Origin: a virus
DNA: 64,000 bases
Virus record (IMG/VR): IMGVR_UViG_3300020186_000396
Coordinates: 36,669 to 100,668 of that record
Reading direction: 5' to 3' (one strand)
Shown here: one piece after another, positions 47,928 through 57,477 of the stretch
How the letters are laid out: each line of letters opens with the position of its first letter
How positions within the stretch are numbered: the first letter of the stretch is position 1
The notes under the pieces: model-generated
The model's database searches: none
Seen by the model: only the letters and a program-made list of their open reading frames with translations
Told to the model about the DNA's origin: nothing
Position numbers and translations under genes: made by a program

Positions 47928-48676
47928 TGAAAGATTTCGATCTAGTTATTGGCGCGTGTCAAAAGCTACTCAATGATTTTCCAGGGGCTTTTGAGGCAAG
48001 GAAATACCTTGATAGTCGCTCTACACGAGCAGTTCAATGTAAATTCAATTTAGGGTTTCACCCTAGTGCTAACGATTACGATTCTTTATTATCTATACTA
48101 GATGAGCATGTTTTGCTGCGCGCTCGGTTACGGTATGAGCATGCTGGAGCCTATCAGCGTGTTAAGACGAACACGTTTGAACATCATAACATAGTTTTGC
48201 CGTATCGAGACGTATACGGAAACATTGCCGCAATTGTGGGCAGAACATTGTTGTCTGATGAAGATATGCAGCTGAAGGAAATAGGAAAGTACAAGAACAC
48301 TTCTTTTGAGAAGAAAAATCATTTGTTCGGTTTGTACGAGGGTAAGGCTGAAATTATCAAGCGTGATTGTGTGTGTATAGTAGAGGGACAGTTTGATGTT
48401 ATCACGGCTCACGCGTCCGGAATTGAAAATGTAGTGGCGTTAGGTTGTTCCAGTTTGACGATGACGCAACTTGCTTTAGTGAAAAGATACACTGACAATA
48501 TTTATTTATTGCTCGATAATGACGAAGCCGGAAGAATCGGTATGGAGAAAATCATGAAGAAGTTCTCCAGCGAAGCGAACCTGAAACCAATGAAAATACC
48601 CGATGGCTACAAAGATTTAGACGATCTTTTACGGGATCTCAAATGGATGGGTTTCGACGATTTGATTAATCTATAA
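47927..48676 (+). CDS. dnaG: DnaG primase catalytic core (TOPRIM) lacking a zinc-binding domain
   Basis: YL..R, F.LGF, GRTL, KYKNT, IVEGQFDV, LDNDEAG, KDLDD. Confidence 0.9.
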   Translation: MKDFDLVIGACQKLLNDFPGAFEARKYLDSRSTRAVQCKFNLGFHPSANDYDSLLSILDEHVLLRARLRYEHAGAYQRVKTNTFEHHNIVLPYRDVYGNIAAIVGRTLLSDEDMQLKEIGKYKNTSFEKKNHLFGLYEGKAEIIKRDCVCIVEGQFDVITAHASGIENVVALGCSSLTMTQLALVKRYTDNIYLLLDNDEAGRIGMEKIMKKFSSEANLKPMKIPDGYKDLDDLLRDLKWMGFDDLINL

Positions 48677-48692
48677 TCATTCATTACTAATT

Positions 48693-48735
48693 TAGTTACG
48701 TTATTTCAACTTACGTTATAGTAAGTTACGTGAAT
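48693..48735. promoter_or_regulatory. Three TTACGT direct repeats at 15-nt period with an overlapping inverted repeat
   Basis: TTACGT at 48696, 48711 and 48726; AACTTAC-gttata-GTAAGTT. Confidence 0.5.
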
Positions 48736-48762
48736 AACTTAACCTATAGTAGTGGAGTAGAT

Positions 48763-49203
48763 GTGGAGAAACGCCGGAATAGATCGGACAAATATCAGTA
48801 CATACTTTTAGAGACAGTATGCTCTAATGATATGATGGAGGCTTTTTCAAATGAAGAGAGCATCTATAAACGTCTAAATCCATTTGCTTATAATGAGGGT
48901 ATTATGGAATTAGAAGACCAATTAAAAACTGAATTTTGGCGTATAGTAGAAACTCTTTTAACTCCAAGGCAACGAGAAGTTATACGCCTTTACTCAGATG
49001 GCTACACTCAAATGGAGATTGCCAAGATGCTCGACGTCAACCAATCTAGCATCACAAAAAGCCTCAACGGCAACGTAGATTACAAAAATGGCAAGAAGAT
49101 TTACGGCGGCGCCAAAAAGAAGTTGAATAAGATTATCCAGAACGATATTAAAATTAAGGACATCCTGAAGCGGATTCAGGAGCTTAGGGACGAGGAATAC
49201 TAG
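48763..49203 (+). CDS. Sigma-70 region 4 / LuxR-type HTH protein
   Basis: LTPRQREVIRLY.DGYTQMEIAKML.VNQSSI; GTG start after GGAG. Confidence 0.8.
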   Translation: MEKRRNRSDKYQYILLETVCSNDMMEAFSNEESIYKRLNPFAYNEGIMELEDQLKTEFWRIVETLLTPRQREVIRLYSDGYTQMEIAKMLDVNQSSITKSLNGNVDYKNGKKIYGGAKKKLNKIIQNDIKIKDILKRIQELRDEEY

Positions 49204-49305
49204 CCTCAGTCCCTTATTTAATGCGTTTATATATGGATAATATTTTATACTACTATTAGGAACGGCTGTTTTTGGCGCGAGCCCTAACTCCCGGAGAATC
49301 TACAC

Positions 49306-49761
49306 ATGAGCAAATTTACAGTAAATTACGATTCCCTTGACACCCAGATAGGTAAGAAAACCTATAAACTAGCAGATGTACAAGGTCGTATTGAAAAAGT
49401 AGCGTTCGATGTAGTGCGATTTAAGGATGGAGAGCCAGAACAGCTTTGGCAGATTCATAGCGCCGATGATGGCGATTATATCGTTTCTTTGTATGATGAT
49501 GAGTCTCCTAAGAAAGAGGCTGCGTCTTGGTTGGTTGTATTAGGAAAAACTGCTGCTGATGTTCACCTTTTCTATAAGGGAGAGCCGGTCGTCCGTCTCG
49601 CGGCAGCGAAATTAGGCATTCCGGAATCTGAACTTGATCTTGTAAAAAGGTATTTGCCAGGCAAACTGGCCACTAACAAGAAATTGGTGGCTTCGTTCCT
49701 TAAGCAGGCTGATGCCAAAGTACGTGACCAGTTAATCAGAAAATATCCTGAACTAGCATAA
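49306..49761 (+). CDS. Hypothetical protein, putative virion/head module
   Basis: GGAG SD; K-x-A motifs; first gene of the block leading to the terminase. Confidence 0.6.
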   Translation: MSKFTVNYDSLDTQIGKKTYKLADVQGRIEKVAFDVVRFKDGEPEQLWQIHSADDGDYIVSLYDDESPKKEAASWLVVLGKTAADVHLFYKGEPVVRLAAAKLGIPESELDLVKRYLPGKLATNKKLVASFLKQADAKVRDQLIRKYPELA

Positions 49762-49786
49762 TTTTGCATCTTAAACAAGGTATGCA

Positions 49787-51406
49787 ATGTCTTTTGAAAA
49801 AATAAACAAAATAGCTTCGTCGGTTTCTCAGTTCTTAACGGACAACGAGAAGATATCAGTACCCATCTTAGCGGTACGTGTACGCAAGGCATTGCAGGAG
49901 TTTCCTGAGGATCAGACCATCGTTGCGATGGCACAGGTTCTTACGCGAATGTCCAGTAATAAATCCTTCATTACACGTGGTGAATTAAAGAAGATGGCTC
50001 AAGGGTTTTATTCAAGGAACACCCGATTTAATGAGATTTTCGCTTCAGAACTTGGTCCTACGTCAGAGTTGGCGTCACCAACATACTACAAGCGTGACGA
50101 AGTAAACGAAGAGGCACTGCAAGATTTTGCTGACCCGGTCCTAGCAAATGCTTTAGCCAGCGCATTCGAAAAGAACCAACCTCTGAAAAACTACTCAGCG
50201 AAGGCAGCATTAGCTTCTGTTCGTAAGGTATCTCAGATGTTCGCAGCTTGCGGCATAGAGTGCAAAGCAACCGTCGCGACCGGCACACCAGACATTATCA
50301 TCATAGAAGCTTCGTTCGAGAGTCCTAAGGGGCAGACGAACGTATTCGTTCCTGTTGAAATTCATGAAAACTCTGTATTGGAGCCATCTGTTTTTGTAAG
50401 CAATCGTGGTTCCGAGGAATTTACGAGTGAAAACGTTGTCAGCTATGCGAAGGGATACGCGGGAAATCGCCTTGTCCTTCGTGCCTCTGACCTACTTGCA
50501 GTAGTTGAAAAGATCAAGACCGGCGGAAAGCAATCTGTCAGCGGTGTTGAGCTAGCTATTACAAAAATGAAGGCAGCAAGTCAGACGCAATCAGATTTCT
50601 TTGCTAACCAAATTACCGGATTGAGCGTAGAAGATACAACTAATACGGTAACCGATGTAGCGCTTCCTAAGCTTCAGGACTCTGAACTCGACACGTTCGC
50701 AGCTAAGTTCGACACTGCTGTTGGACAGGCGAACTTCAAGTTTGGTGAGCGTAAAATGATAAGCGTTCGTTCTTCTGTGGAATTTGCTCTTCGTAGTTGT
50801 GGCATTAAAAGCGCACAACTTGCCGTAGCAGATTGTAATGAAGGCACCGTAACTTTTGCTATTAGCGTAGGTAAAACCGCATTTACAGTTCCGGTCAAGA
50901 TGACAACTGCCAGTCCGGTTGCTGATGTTTTCATTTGCAACGGTCGCGTTCGCGCACTCGATCGATCCAACCTTGAAATGGTAATGGCCAAGCAGGAAAC
51001 AGATTTCCGCGCAGCTGCCGTTGCATCTCCTCTATATAGCGTCAAACCATCTGAGTTGGTCGAAACGGTTCGTACGGCCATGAGCGAGCGTAACCTTGCT
51101 AAAGCAGAAGATGCATTGAATGTACTTGCTAGTTCGGGTGACGTAAAGGCTTACGGTATCGCTCTATCTGCGTACATGACCGGTCTTGGTCATACAAAGG
51201 TAGCAACGGCCTCGGCCAAAGCGGAATGCGCCTGTACCCGAATTATCAGCACTGCAAGCAGCAAACATCCTATTTGCGGACACACAGGTCTTCCCCTACA
51301 CAAGGTCTATCAAGATCCAAACGGCGACTGCCATCCACTTTACCGCAAGGGAATGGATGAGTCTTACGAGGGCGCCGCATTTATGACCAACAAAATATTC
51401 CTTTGA
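49787..51406 (+). CDS. Hypothetical protein, putative virion protein
   Basis: 539 aa with two similar beta segments (FVPVEI / FTVPVKM) and a C-terminal Cys/His cluster. Confidence 0.6.
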   Translation: MSFEKINKIASSVSQFLTDNEKISVPILAVRVRKALQEFPEDQTIVAMAQVLTRMSSNKSFITRGELKKMAQGFYSRNTRFNEIFASELGPTSELASPTYYKRDEVNEEALQDFADPVLANALASAFEKNQPLKNYSAKAALASVRKVSQMFAACGIECKATVATGTPDIIIIEASFESPKGQTNVFVPVEIHENSVLEPSVFVSNRGSEEFTSENVVSYAKGYAGNRLVLRASDLLAVVEKIKTGGKQSVSGVELAITKMKAASQTQSDFFANQITGLSVEDTTNTVTDVALPKLQDSELDTFAAKFDTAVGQANFKFGERKMISVRSSVEFALRSCGIKSAQLAVADCNEGTVTFAISVGKTAFTVPVKMTTASPVADVFICNGRVRALDRSNLEMVMAKQETDFRAAAVASPLYSVKPSELVETVRTAMSERNLAKAEDALNVLASSGDVKAYGIALSAYMTGLGHTKVATASAKAECACTRIISTASSKHPICGHTGLPLHKVYQDPNGDCHPLYRKGMDESYEGAAFMTNKIFL

Positions 51407-51421
51407 GAAGGAGTTGGTTCA

Positions 51422-52072
51422 ATGCGGTTAATAGAAGTCGCAAATAGGATTGCGTTAAAGCTAGCAGCTAGTGAGAACGATAACTCTTTCGGAGTTATGA
51501 TTCCTGCTGCTACGGTAACGTTTTTGCGCGATCGTATGGCCAAAACATATAAACTGATGCTTGGAGATGGTGCATATGGCCAGCTCGTTAAGCTGTATGG
51601 CCCGTCATTGCCTGACCTGGCCGAAGCTGAAGATATGATGATTGCATTGGTCAATGCAATTGATGACCTTGATTTAAAGGATATTTTCAAAAGCGGTACA
51701 GCTATTGTACAGAGTTTAACTCGTATCAGGTCCAATTTGTATAATAGTATTCCTCATCAAGAAATGGCCAAGAAGGTTGACACTCTTCTGAAGCGTATCT
51801 CTGACCATATTTGGAAAGACACAAAACGTATTGTTTCTTGTACTGAGCTTAAGGGAACTCCGTATTATACTTGGAATGCTGGCCCAGGGGGCAATCCAAC
51901 AAAGCCAGTCCCGGCTAAACCTAAGAGCCCGGATCGCCTTGAACGTGAAAGGATATTGGATCCGAGTGCAGATCAGATCGCTGCTGACGCATTTAATAGG
52001 CATAAAGAGAAAGAAAACTATGTCCCTACTTTCGATGAGTATGAGACAAATCCAGATAAGGACATGACATGA
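51422..52072 (+). CDS. Hypothetical protein, putative virion-internal protein
   Basis: AGGAG SD; N-terminus MRLIEVANRIALKLAA. Confidence 0.6.
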   Translation: MRLIEVANRIALKLAASENDNSFGVMIPAATVTFLRDRMAKTYKLMLGDGAYGQLVKLYGPSLPDLAEAEDMMIALVNAIDDLDLKDIFKSGTAIVQSLTRIRSNLYNSIPHQEMAKKVDTLLKRISDHIWKDTKRIVSCTELKGTPYYTWNAGPGGNPTKPVPAKPKSPDRLERERILDPSADQIAADAFNRHKEKENYVPTFDEYETNPDKDMT

Positions 52073-52761
52073 ACATCTCTGAAATACTTAAAGCATTTGC
52101 TGAAGAGCTTGAAAACCCTGATAACATTGCACTGCGCAACGCAGAGGAGGATGACACGCTTGATATCGTTGCCACCGCCTGCTTGCAAGCCGCAACAATT
52201 TTTCGGGAAGCTGCCAGCAAAACAGCTGATCCATCAGTAATTACAACAGAACGCCTAGAAGAAATGGCTGCGCTCGCGGCCGAGTTCGACGCATCTGGCG
52301 ATGAACTGCTTCAAAAGCAAGCATCCGTCCTGGATGAAATTCTGCTTACCATTGCCGCGCCTAAAGGAGTAAAGGCATTATCAACACGCTATGAAGACGA
52401 GAAGATCGAAGCACTGAAAAAAGAATATGCTAAGACAAAGGAAGCTCTTGATGAAAACATCAAGGTGAGCGATGCACGTAAAGACATTGAAAAGTCTGAT
52501 TCGTACAAAGAATATCGTCCTCTAGAAGCAGCACTTAGTACACGGTACTGTCCCGATCATCCTGGAGTTCCTACTGCCCGTGTTGGTGAGCATGAATTTC
52601 AGTGTGCTTTAGACCAGAAGACATTTAATTTTGAGACCGGATACCGAACTTCTAAGGGTAATTCTGTTCCTGGTGGACGAGTAGAGTCACAGCCTATTCA
52701 CAATGAGCCCCACTCAATGTTCGATACGCGCGAGTCCCGCCTCGCATCTGGAGATAAGTAA
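52069..52761 (+). CDS. Hypothetical protein, putative virion protein
   Basis: LAAEFDASG..KQASVLDEIL; TRYCPDHPG..QC.LD. Confidence 0.6.
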   Translation: MNISEILKAFAEELENPDNIALRNAEEDDTLDIVATACLQAATIFREAASKTADPSVITTERLEEMAALAAEFDASGDELLQKQASVLDEILLTIAAPKGVKALSTRYEDEKIEALKKEYAKTKEALDENIKVSDARKDIEKSDSYKEYRPLEAALSTRYCPDHPGVPTARVGEHEFQCALDQKTFNFETGYRTSKGNSVPGGRVESQPIHNEPHSMFDTRESRLASGDK

Positions 52762-52766
52762 GTTAT

Positions 52767-52941
52767 CATTCTCCAAAAAGAATACCCCTCCCTTTAGGGA
52801 GGGGATGAATTTTTGTTCCAGAAAAATATAATGCGTTATATAATAGTAACAATGGGGCTCGGGACGAGCCTTGCGATATCCGGCGAAATAAATTCGCCGG
52901 ATTCTTTCAGAAGCCTCGCCCTTTAGGGCGAGGTAGTTCAC
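52767..52941 (+). mobile_element. IS200/IS605-derived mini-element, copy C
   Basis: TTAT|CATTCTCC..CCCCTCCC-TTTA-GGGAGGGG..ATG fused to the last tnpB codons..CCTCGCCC-TTTA-GGGCGAGGTAGTTCAC. Confidence 0.88.
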
Positions 52942-52950
52942 ATTGTAGGT

Positions 52951-53700
52951 ATGAATAAAGCTTCACTAAAGAAGTTCTGGGAACACCCAGATAAAGATGA
53001 ACTACTTGCAAAGTTAATTGAAGGCGTAAAGCCTAAAGAAATATATGAGTGGCTTCATGCTAAGTATGTTTCTGATGCCGAGAAGCGCTTTATATTATCA
53101 GAAGATCTACTGAGCGATTTTAAAGATGATCAGTTAGATTTCTATCTAATTATTCGTACCGATGCATTAGCTCTTAAAAGCAATACATCGATTGATAAAG
53201 CCGTTGATGTTCGGCTTAGTCGAAGCAAGAAGTATCGCGAGAAGCTACTAGAGCTAACCGAAAAAGAAGTAGATATCAAACAAATCGTCAGAGGTTTGGT
53301 TGCAAAGATTGAAATAAAGGTCGAGCAAGTATTTGAACAGATTCAGGAAAATAACGATCCTGATGACTTCAAAGACGATCATACATTGATTAAGTGGTTG
53401 ACATTATTAATGGAGGCTGCTGAAAAGTGTAATAAAATGGTTAATGAGGCTCCCGATCATGTCGTACAGCACCAGCATACCATCCAGATAGCTGATCAGC
53501 AGATTAACATTATCATAGACACGATTAAGGATATTCTATCCAAAATCGATTATGAGGCGTCGTTATATTTCATTGAACAGTACAACGAACGCATTGGCGC
53601 GCTTAAAGCGCCAGAAGAATTTAAGCCAGCTCAAACCGAAGTAAGGCTCGCTGAAGCTAAATTACTAAGCGATAGGGTGGCTGAAAAGATTAAAGACTAA
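52951..53700 (+). CDS. Hypothetical protein with N-terminal HTH-like region (candidate small terminase)
   Basis: HPDKDELLAKLIEGVKPKEIYEWL; located in the packaging block. Confidence 0.45.
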   Translation: MNKASLKKFWEHPDKDELLAKLIEGVKPKEIYEWLHAKYVSDAEKRFILSEDLLSDFKDDQLDFYLIIRTDALALKSNTSIDKAVDVRLSRSKKYREKLLELTEKEVDIKQIVRGLVAKIEIKVEQVFEQIQENNDPDDFKDDHTLIKWLTLLMEAAEKCNKMVNEAPDHVVQHQHTIQIADQQINIIIDTIKDILSKIDYEASLYFIEQYNERIGALKAPEEFKPAQTEVRLAEAKLLSDRVAEKIKD

Positions 53701-53724
53701 CCTAATATTCTAGTATTATTTCGA

Positions 53725-55479
53725 ATGACCGATAAAAATGCCTATCCTAATGAGGAAAACTATATTCCACGAACACATCCGTATAACACGGATAAGTGGT
53801 TAGGTGCGCTTCGTGACATAAAGACTCGTTGTAATGCTGGCGTTCAATATGAATCAGCATACGAAATGGCAACTAAAGGTTGGGAAAAGAAAGAATTACG
53901 TGACTTTCTTAGTTGGGTCAGTTTCTATGAAGAACAGGGACACATGAAATATAAGCAAGCGCGCCTCTACGGTTACGAAGGATACTGGCTACCAACCTCG
54001 TCGGTTGCACCTTCGCCAGTGCCAGCTCCGCCTAACCCTAAAGCAGATGAAAATGCTGCTGCCATGGCAAGTGCCGAGACTGCTATCAAGGCAGACGCAG
54101 AAGCCCGCGCGAAGGCTGAGGCGGCCGAAGCAGCTGCTGCCGCCGCAATCGCTTCAGCGGAACGCCAGGAACGACTAAAGGACCATCGCGGGAAGCTGCT
54201 GAGCAGGCTTCGTTCGTTGCGCAAACTCTGGACTGATGAAAAGGGCAAACAACTTGCCGGTCCTAGCTTTGGTAAATTCCTTGATGCTCTAAATGAGATT
54301 GAAAAACATATTCATGGTTTGCATATTTCGAATGCAACGCTTTCAAGCATTATCATTCGACAAGCAAATATTCTAGCCAAAGCCGGAGAGATTAGGGCAT
54401 CTGAAGCGATTCGAAAAATTGCTGACCTTCCAGGTGGAGTTCCGGCCGCCAATCCATCAGCGTCGATTCCAAATGGCGGAGCGCTGGGTAACAACAACCC
54501 ACCGCTGCCCGGAGCAGCTCCTCCAGCCGCAGCGATGCCGGATCCTGAAGATACAGGCGAGCCACCAAATGAAAGCCTATTAAAGTTTTTTAATGGTTTG
54601 AACGGTGAAGATCCGTTTGATGATCACGACACTCAGGATGATGAACTAGATGGCGACGATAATGAAGTGCATGATGCACCAGTTGTCGATCCAGTTGAAA
54701 TCGACGAAACAGATCCCGACGCCGATTTAGAAGTTCGATTGGTTACTGAAGGCCAGGCCGCCCCAACAGCACCAGCTATTCCGAAGCCTGCCCCCGAAGC
54801 AAAGCTTGAAGAGCTGAACACTCCTAAGGAACCGGCGCGTACACCAAAAACAGAAAATGATCCGGCAGGCCTGAAGCCATCAACTGATGGCGTACATCCA
54901 AGCAAGGATTTCGACTCACTTATCGATGCAGCCTTTTCCAATTTGAAAGTTGGTGACATTGTTAAACGTCTTGATGACCTTAGTAGGATTTTCAAGAATC
55001 GCGAAATTGCACGTCAACTTTCGATTGTTGATATGATGATGGATAAACTTGGTTTGTCTTCGTTCTTCCCATCTCTCGCAGAGGCAACACGCTCTGCTCT
55101 TGAATCTAACCAATATTGTTTGGTTCGTATTGACGAAGTTAAGTCTCGTCTGTCCGGCGCGCTCGACACGACCGGCAAGTCACTTCACGACATGGGACAA
55201 GAACACTCGATTGGTAATCAGCAAGGAAAAAGCGATCTTATTGGTGAAGATGATTCGCCAGACGATCCGCTTCTTGATCAGGTTAAGAACAATCTTGATC
55301 AGACTCAAAAGAAAGATAAGCTGCGTAAAGAGCTTCGAAAGAACATTGAGGAAAACGCACTTGTTGAAACTGGTAACAAGCAAAAAGCAGAAATCGCAGA
55401 TATGGGCGATGAACTAGCCGCAGCCAAGATCGTTGCCCCAACAGTCCCAGCAAAACCTCCAGTTCCACCACAAGTTTAA
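53725..55479 (+). CDS. Hypothetical protein with Pro/Ala and acidic linkers, putative head-internal protein
   Basis: 584 aa, with low-complexity linkers between helical domains. Confidence 0.6.
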   Translation: MTDKNAYPNEENYIPRTHPYNTDKWLGALRDIKTRCNAGVQYESAYEMATKGWEKKELRDFLSWVSFYEEQGHMKYKQARLYGYEGYWLPTSSVAPSPVPAPPNPKADENAAAMASAETAIKADAEARAKAEAAEAAAAAAIASAERQERLKDHRGKLLSRLRSLRKLWTDEKGKQLAGPSFGKFLDALNEIEKHIHGLHISNATLSSIIIRQANILAKAGEIRASEAIRKIADLPGGVPAANPSASIPNGGALGNNNPPLPGAAPPAAAMPDPEDTGEPPNESLLKFFNGLNGEDPFDDHDTQDDELDGDDNEVHDAPVVDPVEIDETDPDADLEVRLVTEGQAAPTAPAIPKPAPEAKLEELNTPKEPARTPKTENDPAGLKPSTDGVHPSKDFDSLIDAAFSNLKVGDIVKRLDDLSRIFKNREIARQLSIVDMMMDKLGLSSFFPSLAEATRSALESNQYCLVRIDEVKSRLSGALDTTGKSLHDMGQEHSIGNQQGKSDLIGEDDSPDDPLLDQVKNNLDQTQKKDKLRKELRKNIEENALVETGNKQKAEIADMGDELAAAKIVAPTVPAKPPVPPQV

Positions 55480-55488
55480 AGGTGAACG

Positions 55489-56223
55489 ATGAGGTTACCG
55501 GAGCTATTACAGATACTGTACTCAATACATAAGAACCAACCAAACATTGGCGTTCCTTATATTTGTGGCGGTATCCCACGTGACAAGCTTATTGGTAATG
55601 CTAAAAGTAAATATAACGATTTAGATATCACTACCGGAAACGCCTCTGTCCGATTTTTGGCCGAAGAGTTTTCTAATTTGATGGATAAGCAGTTTCAAAT
55701 CAAGAAGAAAGTAGCTCAAGATGGGCACGTCTCGGTAGAACTAGCAAACCTTAAAGTTGATTTTTCGTCAAATTTTATTGTGCCTGGCATCGACGATCTT
55801 CTTAAGGCAAGGGGCCTTGAAAACGTAACCGATCTACAAAGAGAGATGTTTAGCAGAGATTTTACATGCAACTCTCTTTTATTAAATCTCAATCTTAAAG
55901 ATATATTCGACCCTACTCATTTGGGAGTAGAGGATATCGGTAAAAAAATTGTAAAGACTTGTCTAGACCCACAATCAACTTTTGCTCATAACGTTCAGAG
56001 AATACCGAGAGTTTATTATATCTCAGCTAAACTTGGTTTTGAAGTCGATGCAGAAATTATAGACTGGATAAAGAAGAACGGCGCGGTGTTCCGAACTGTT
56101 AAGCCTGAATACAGTCTAGAAAAAATATCAAAAGCTATGGAATACGACCAGGCTCGCACGATTGCTTTATTGGATGCAACGAACGGATGGGAATTCGTAC
56201 CTGGCCTTAAGGCAGGGATTTAA
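55489..56223 (+). CDS. CCA-adding / poly(A) polymerase class II nucleotidyltransferase (head and neck only)
   Basis: YICGGIPRD, NDLDITT, RDFTCNSL, DP..G.EDI, QRIPR. Confidence 0.85.
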   Translation: MRLPELLQILYSIHKNQPNIGVPYICGGIPRDKLIGNAKSKYNDLDITTGNASVRFLAEEFSNLMDKQFQIKKKVAQDGHVSVELANLKVDFSSNFIVPGIDDLLKARGLENVTDLQREMFSRDFTCNSLLLNLNLKDIFDPTHLGVEDIGKKIVKTCLDPQSTFAHNVQRIPRVYYISAKLGFEVDAEIIDWIKKNGAVFRTVKPEYSLEKISKAMEYDQARTIALLDATNGWEFVPGLKAGI

Positions 56224-56224
56224 C

Positions 56225-56473
56225 ATGTCGTTATTGAAAAAATCTTACGCTTTCTTTATACTATGTAACGAATATGCTGAAACTGGTTCTTTAGAGAAAT
56301 ACGCTCAATTATTTGAGAATTACGATTATATAGATATGCCATCTGGCCCCGGAACCTCTGTTTATCGGGACATGACCGATGGTAAAACGACATCTGTATC
56401 TGAGTGGCGTAAGAAGAAACGCAAACAACGTAGAAAGAACCTTAAGAGAATCAGAAACCAAAAAATGCTCTAA
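56225..56473 (+). CDS. Small basic hypothetical protein
   Basis: ATG 1 nt after the previous stop; basic C-terminus. Confidence 0.55.
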   Translation: MSLLKKSYAFFILCNEYAETGSLEKYAQLFENYDYIDMPSGPGTSVYRDMTDGKTTSVSEWRKKKRKQRRKNLKRIRNQKML

Positions 56474-56527
56474 GAGCTAATATTAAGTTATATTAATTAG
56501 CTGTTACGCCGTTTTAGAGGATAAAAT

Positions 56528-57472
56528 ATGCCATCACCTTTTGAAGTAGAAATTGAAGAATCTGGGCCAGACAGCCAAGAAGTATCTGGCTATGATGAAC
56601 CAAGTTATGTACACATCGACGATGACGTAGTCGCTTATGATGGAGTTCCATCTGAGGCTGTCGTACTCGATGCCCATGACGTAGTAGAGCCACATGAACA
56701 TGGTGGACACGACGAGCATGAAGTATTCGTTGAAGGGGATGAAGAATATCACGATCCAGATCAAGAGTTCGAATTACCATTACTTCCAGGCTGTAAAGAT
56801 GGAGACGATGCCCTAGAGGTATCAGATCAAAACTCAGTAGAGATTGAAGAAGCCCCAAAGAAGGCACCTAAAAATAAGTGGGACATGCCCAATTTTCCTG
56901 GCCTAGAGCAGTGGATGATTGAATTAACTCGTCCAGGCAGTATTCCTTCTTACGGAAGAAATAAGGAAGACCTCCTAAAACTTCGCCTGGCTATTCGTCA
57001 CCTTGAACGGGTCGTTGAAATCTCTTCCAAAGAAGTAGAAAATGATACCGATCAAGTTCTCAACATCGATAAGATTTGTGGAATGATTGGGAAAATCGAA
57101 ACCGCCATCGATGCCATGAAAGAACTTGAGTCTAAGATGACTAATGAAAAGAAGAAGCGTAAAAAGTCAGCATCTCTTGTCGCTGAAGGTCAGAAAGCGG
57201 CTCATGTTGGTGGAATTATAGTAACGGTACCGTTGCTCATTTCCCGTGTAGCCCGTGTATGTATCAATGGCGCTGTTAGCGCCGGTCACGATATTGAAGT
57301 AATTTTTGAGAAACAAGCTAAGCAGTATGATCTTTCGGAGCGTGAATGCGCAGAAGTAATGCAGCTTCTTTCTGATATGGGGTACCCGCTTCGCAGTGAT
57401 CGTGGTTATTTGATTGACGAAAAACGCGATGATGATAAGGCAGCTGACTGGGCCAAAAATTTCAAAGGATAA
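56528..57472 (+). CDS. Hypothetical protein with acidic N-terminus
   Basis: GAGG SD; 314 aa. Confidence 0.6.
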   Translation: MPSPFEVEIEESGPDSQEVSGYDEPSYVHIDDDVVAYDGVPSEAVVLDAHDVVEPHEHGGHDEHEVFVEGDEEYHDPDQEFELPLLPGCKDGDDALEVSDQNSVEIEEAPKKAPKNKWDMPNFPGLEQWMIELTRPGSIPSYGRNKEDLLKLRLAIRHLERVVEISSKEVENDTDQVLNIDKICGMIGKIETAIDAMKELESKMTNEKKKRKKSASLVAEGQKAAHVGGIIVTVPLLISRVARVCINGAVSAGHDIEVIFEKQAKQYDLSERECAEVMQLLSDMGYPLRSDRGYLIDEKRDDDKAADWAKNFKG

Positions 57473-57477
57473 AACCA

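Noticed and set aside
7135-52941. Repeats read as a CRISPR array
   Set aside because: The copies are dispersed, with no repeat-spacer periodicity, and carry IS200/IS605 ends and a tnpB remnant. No cas operon is present.
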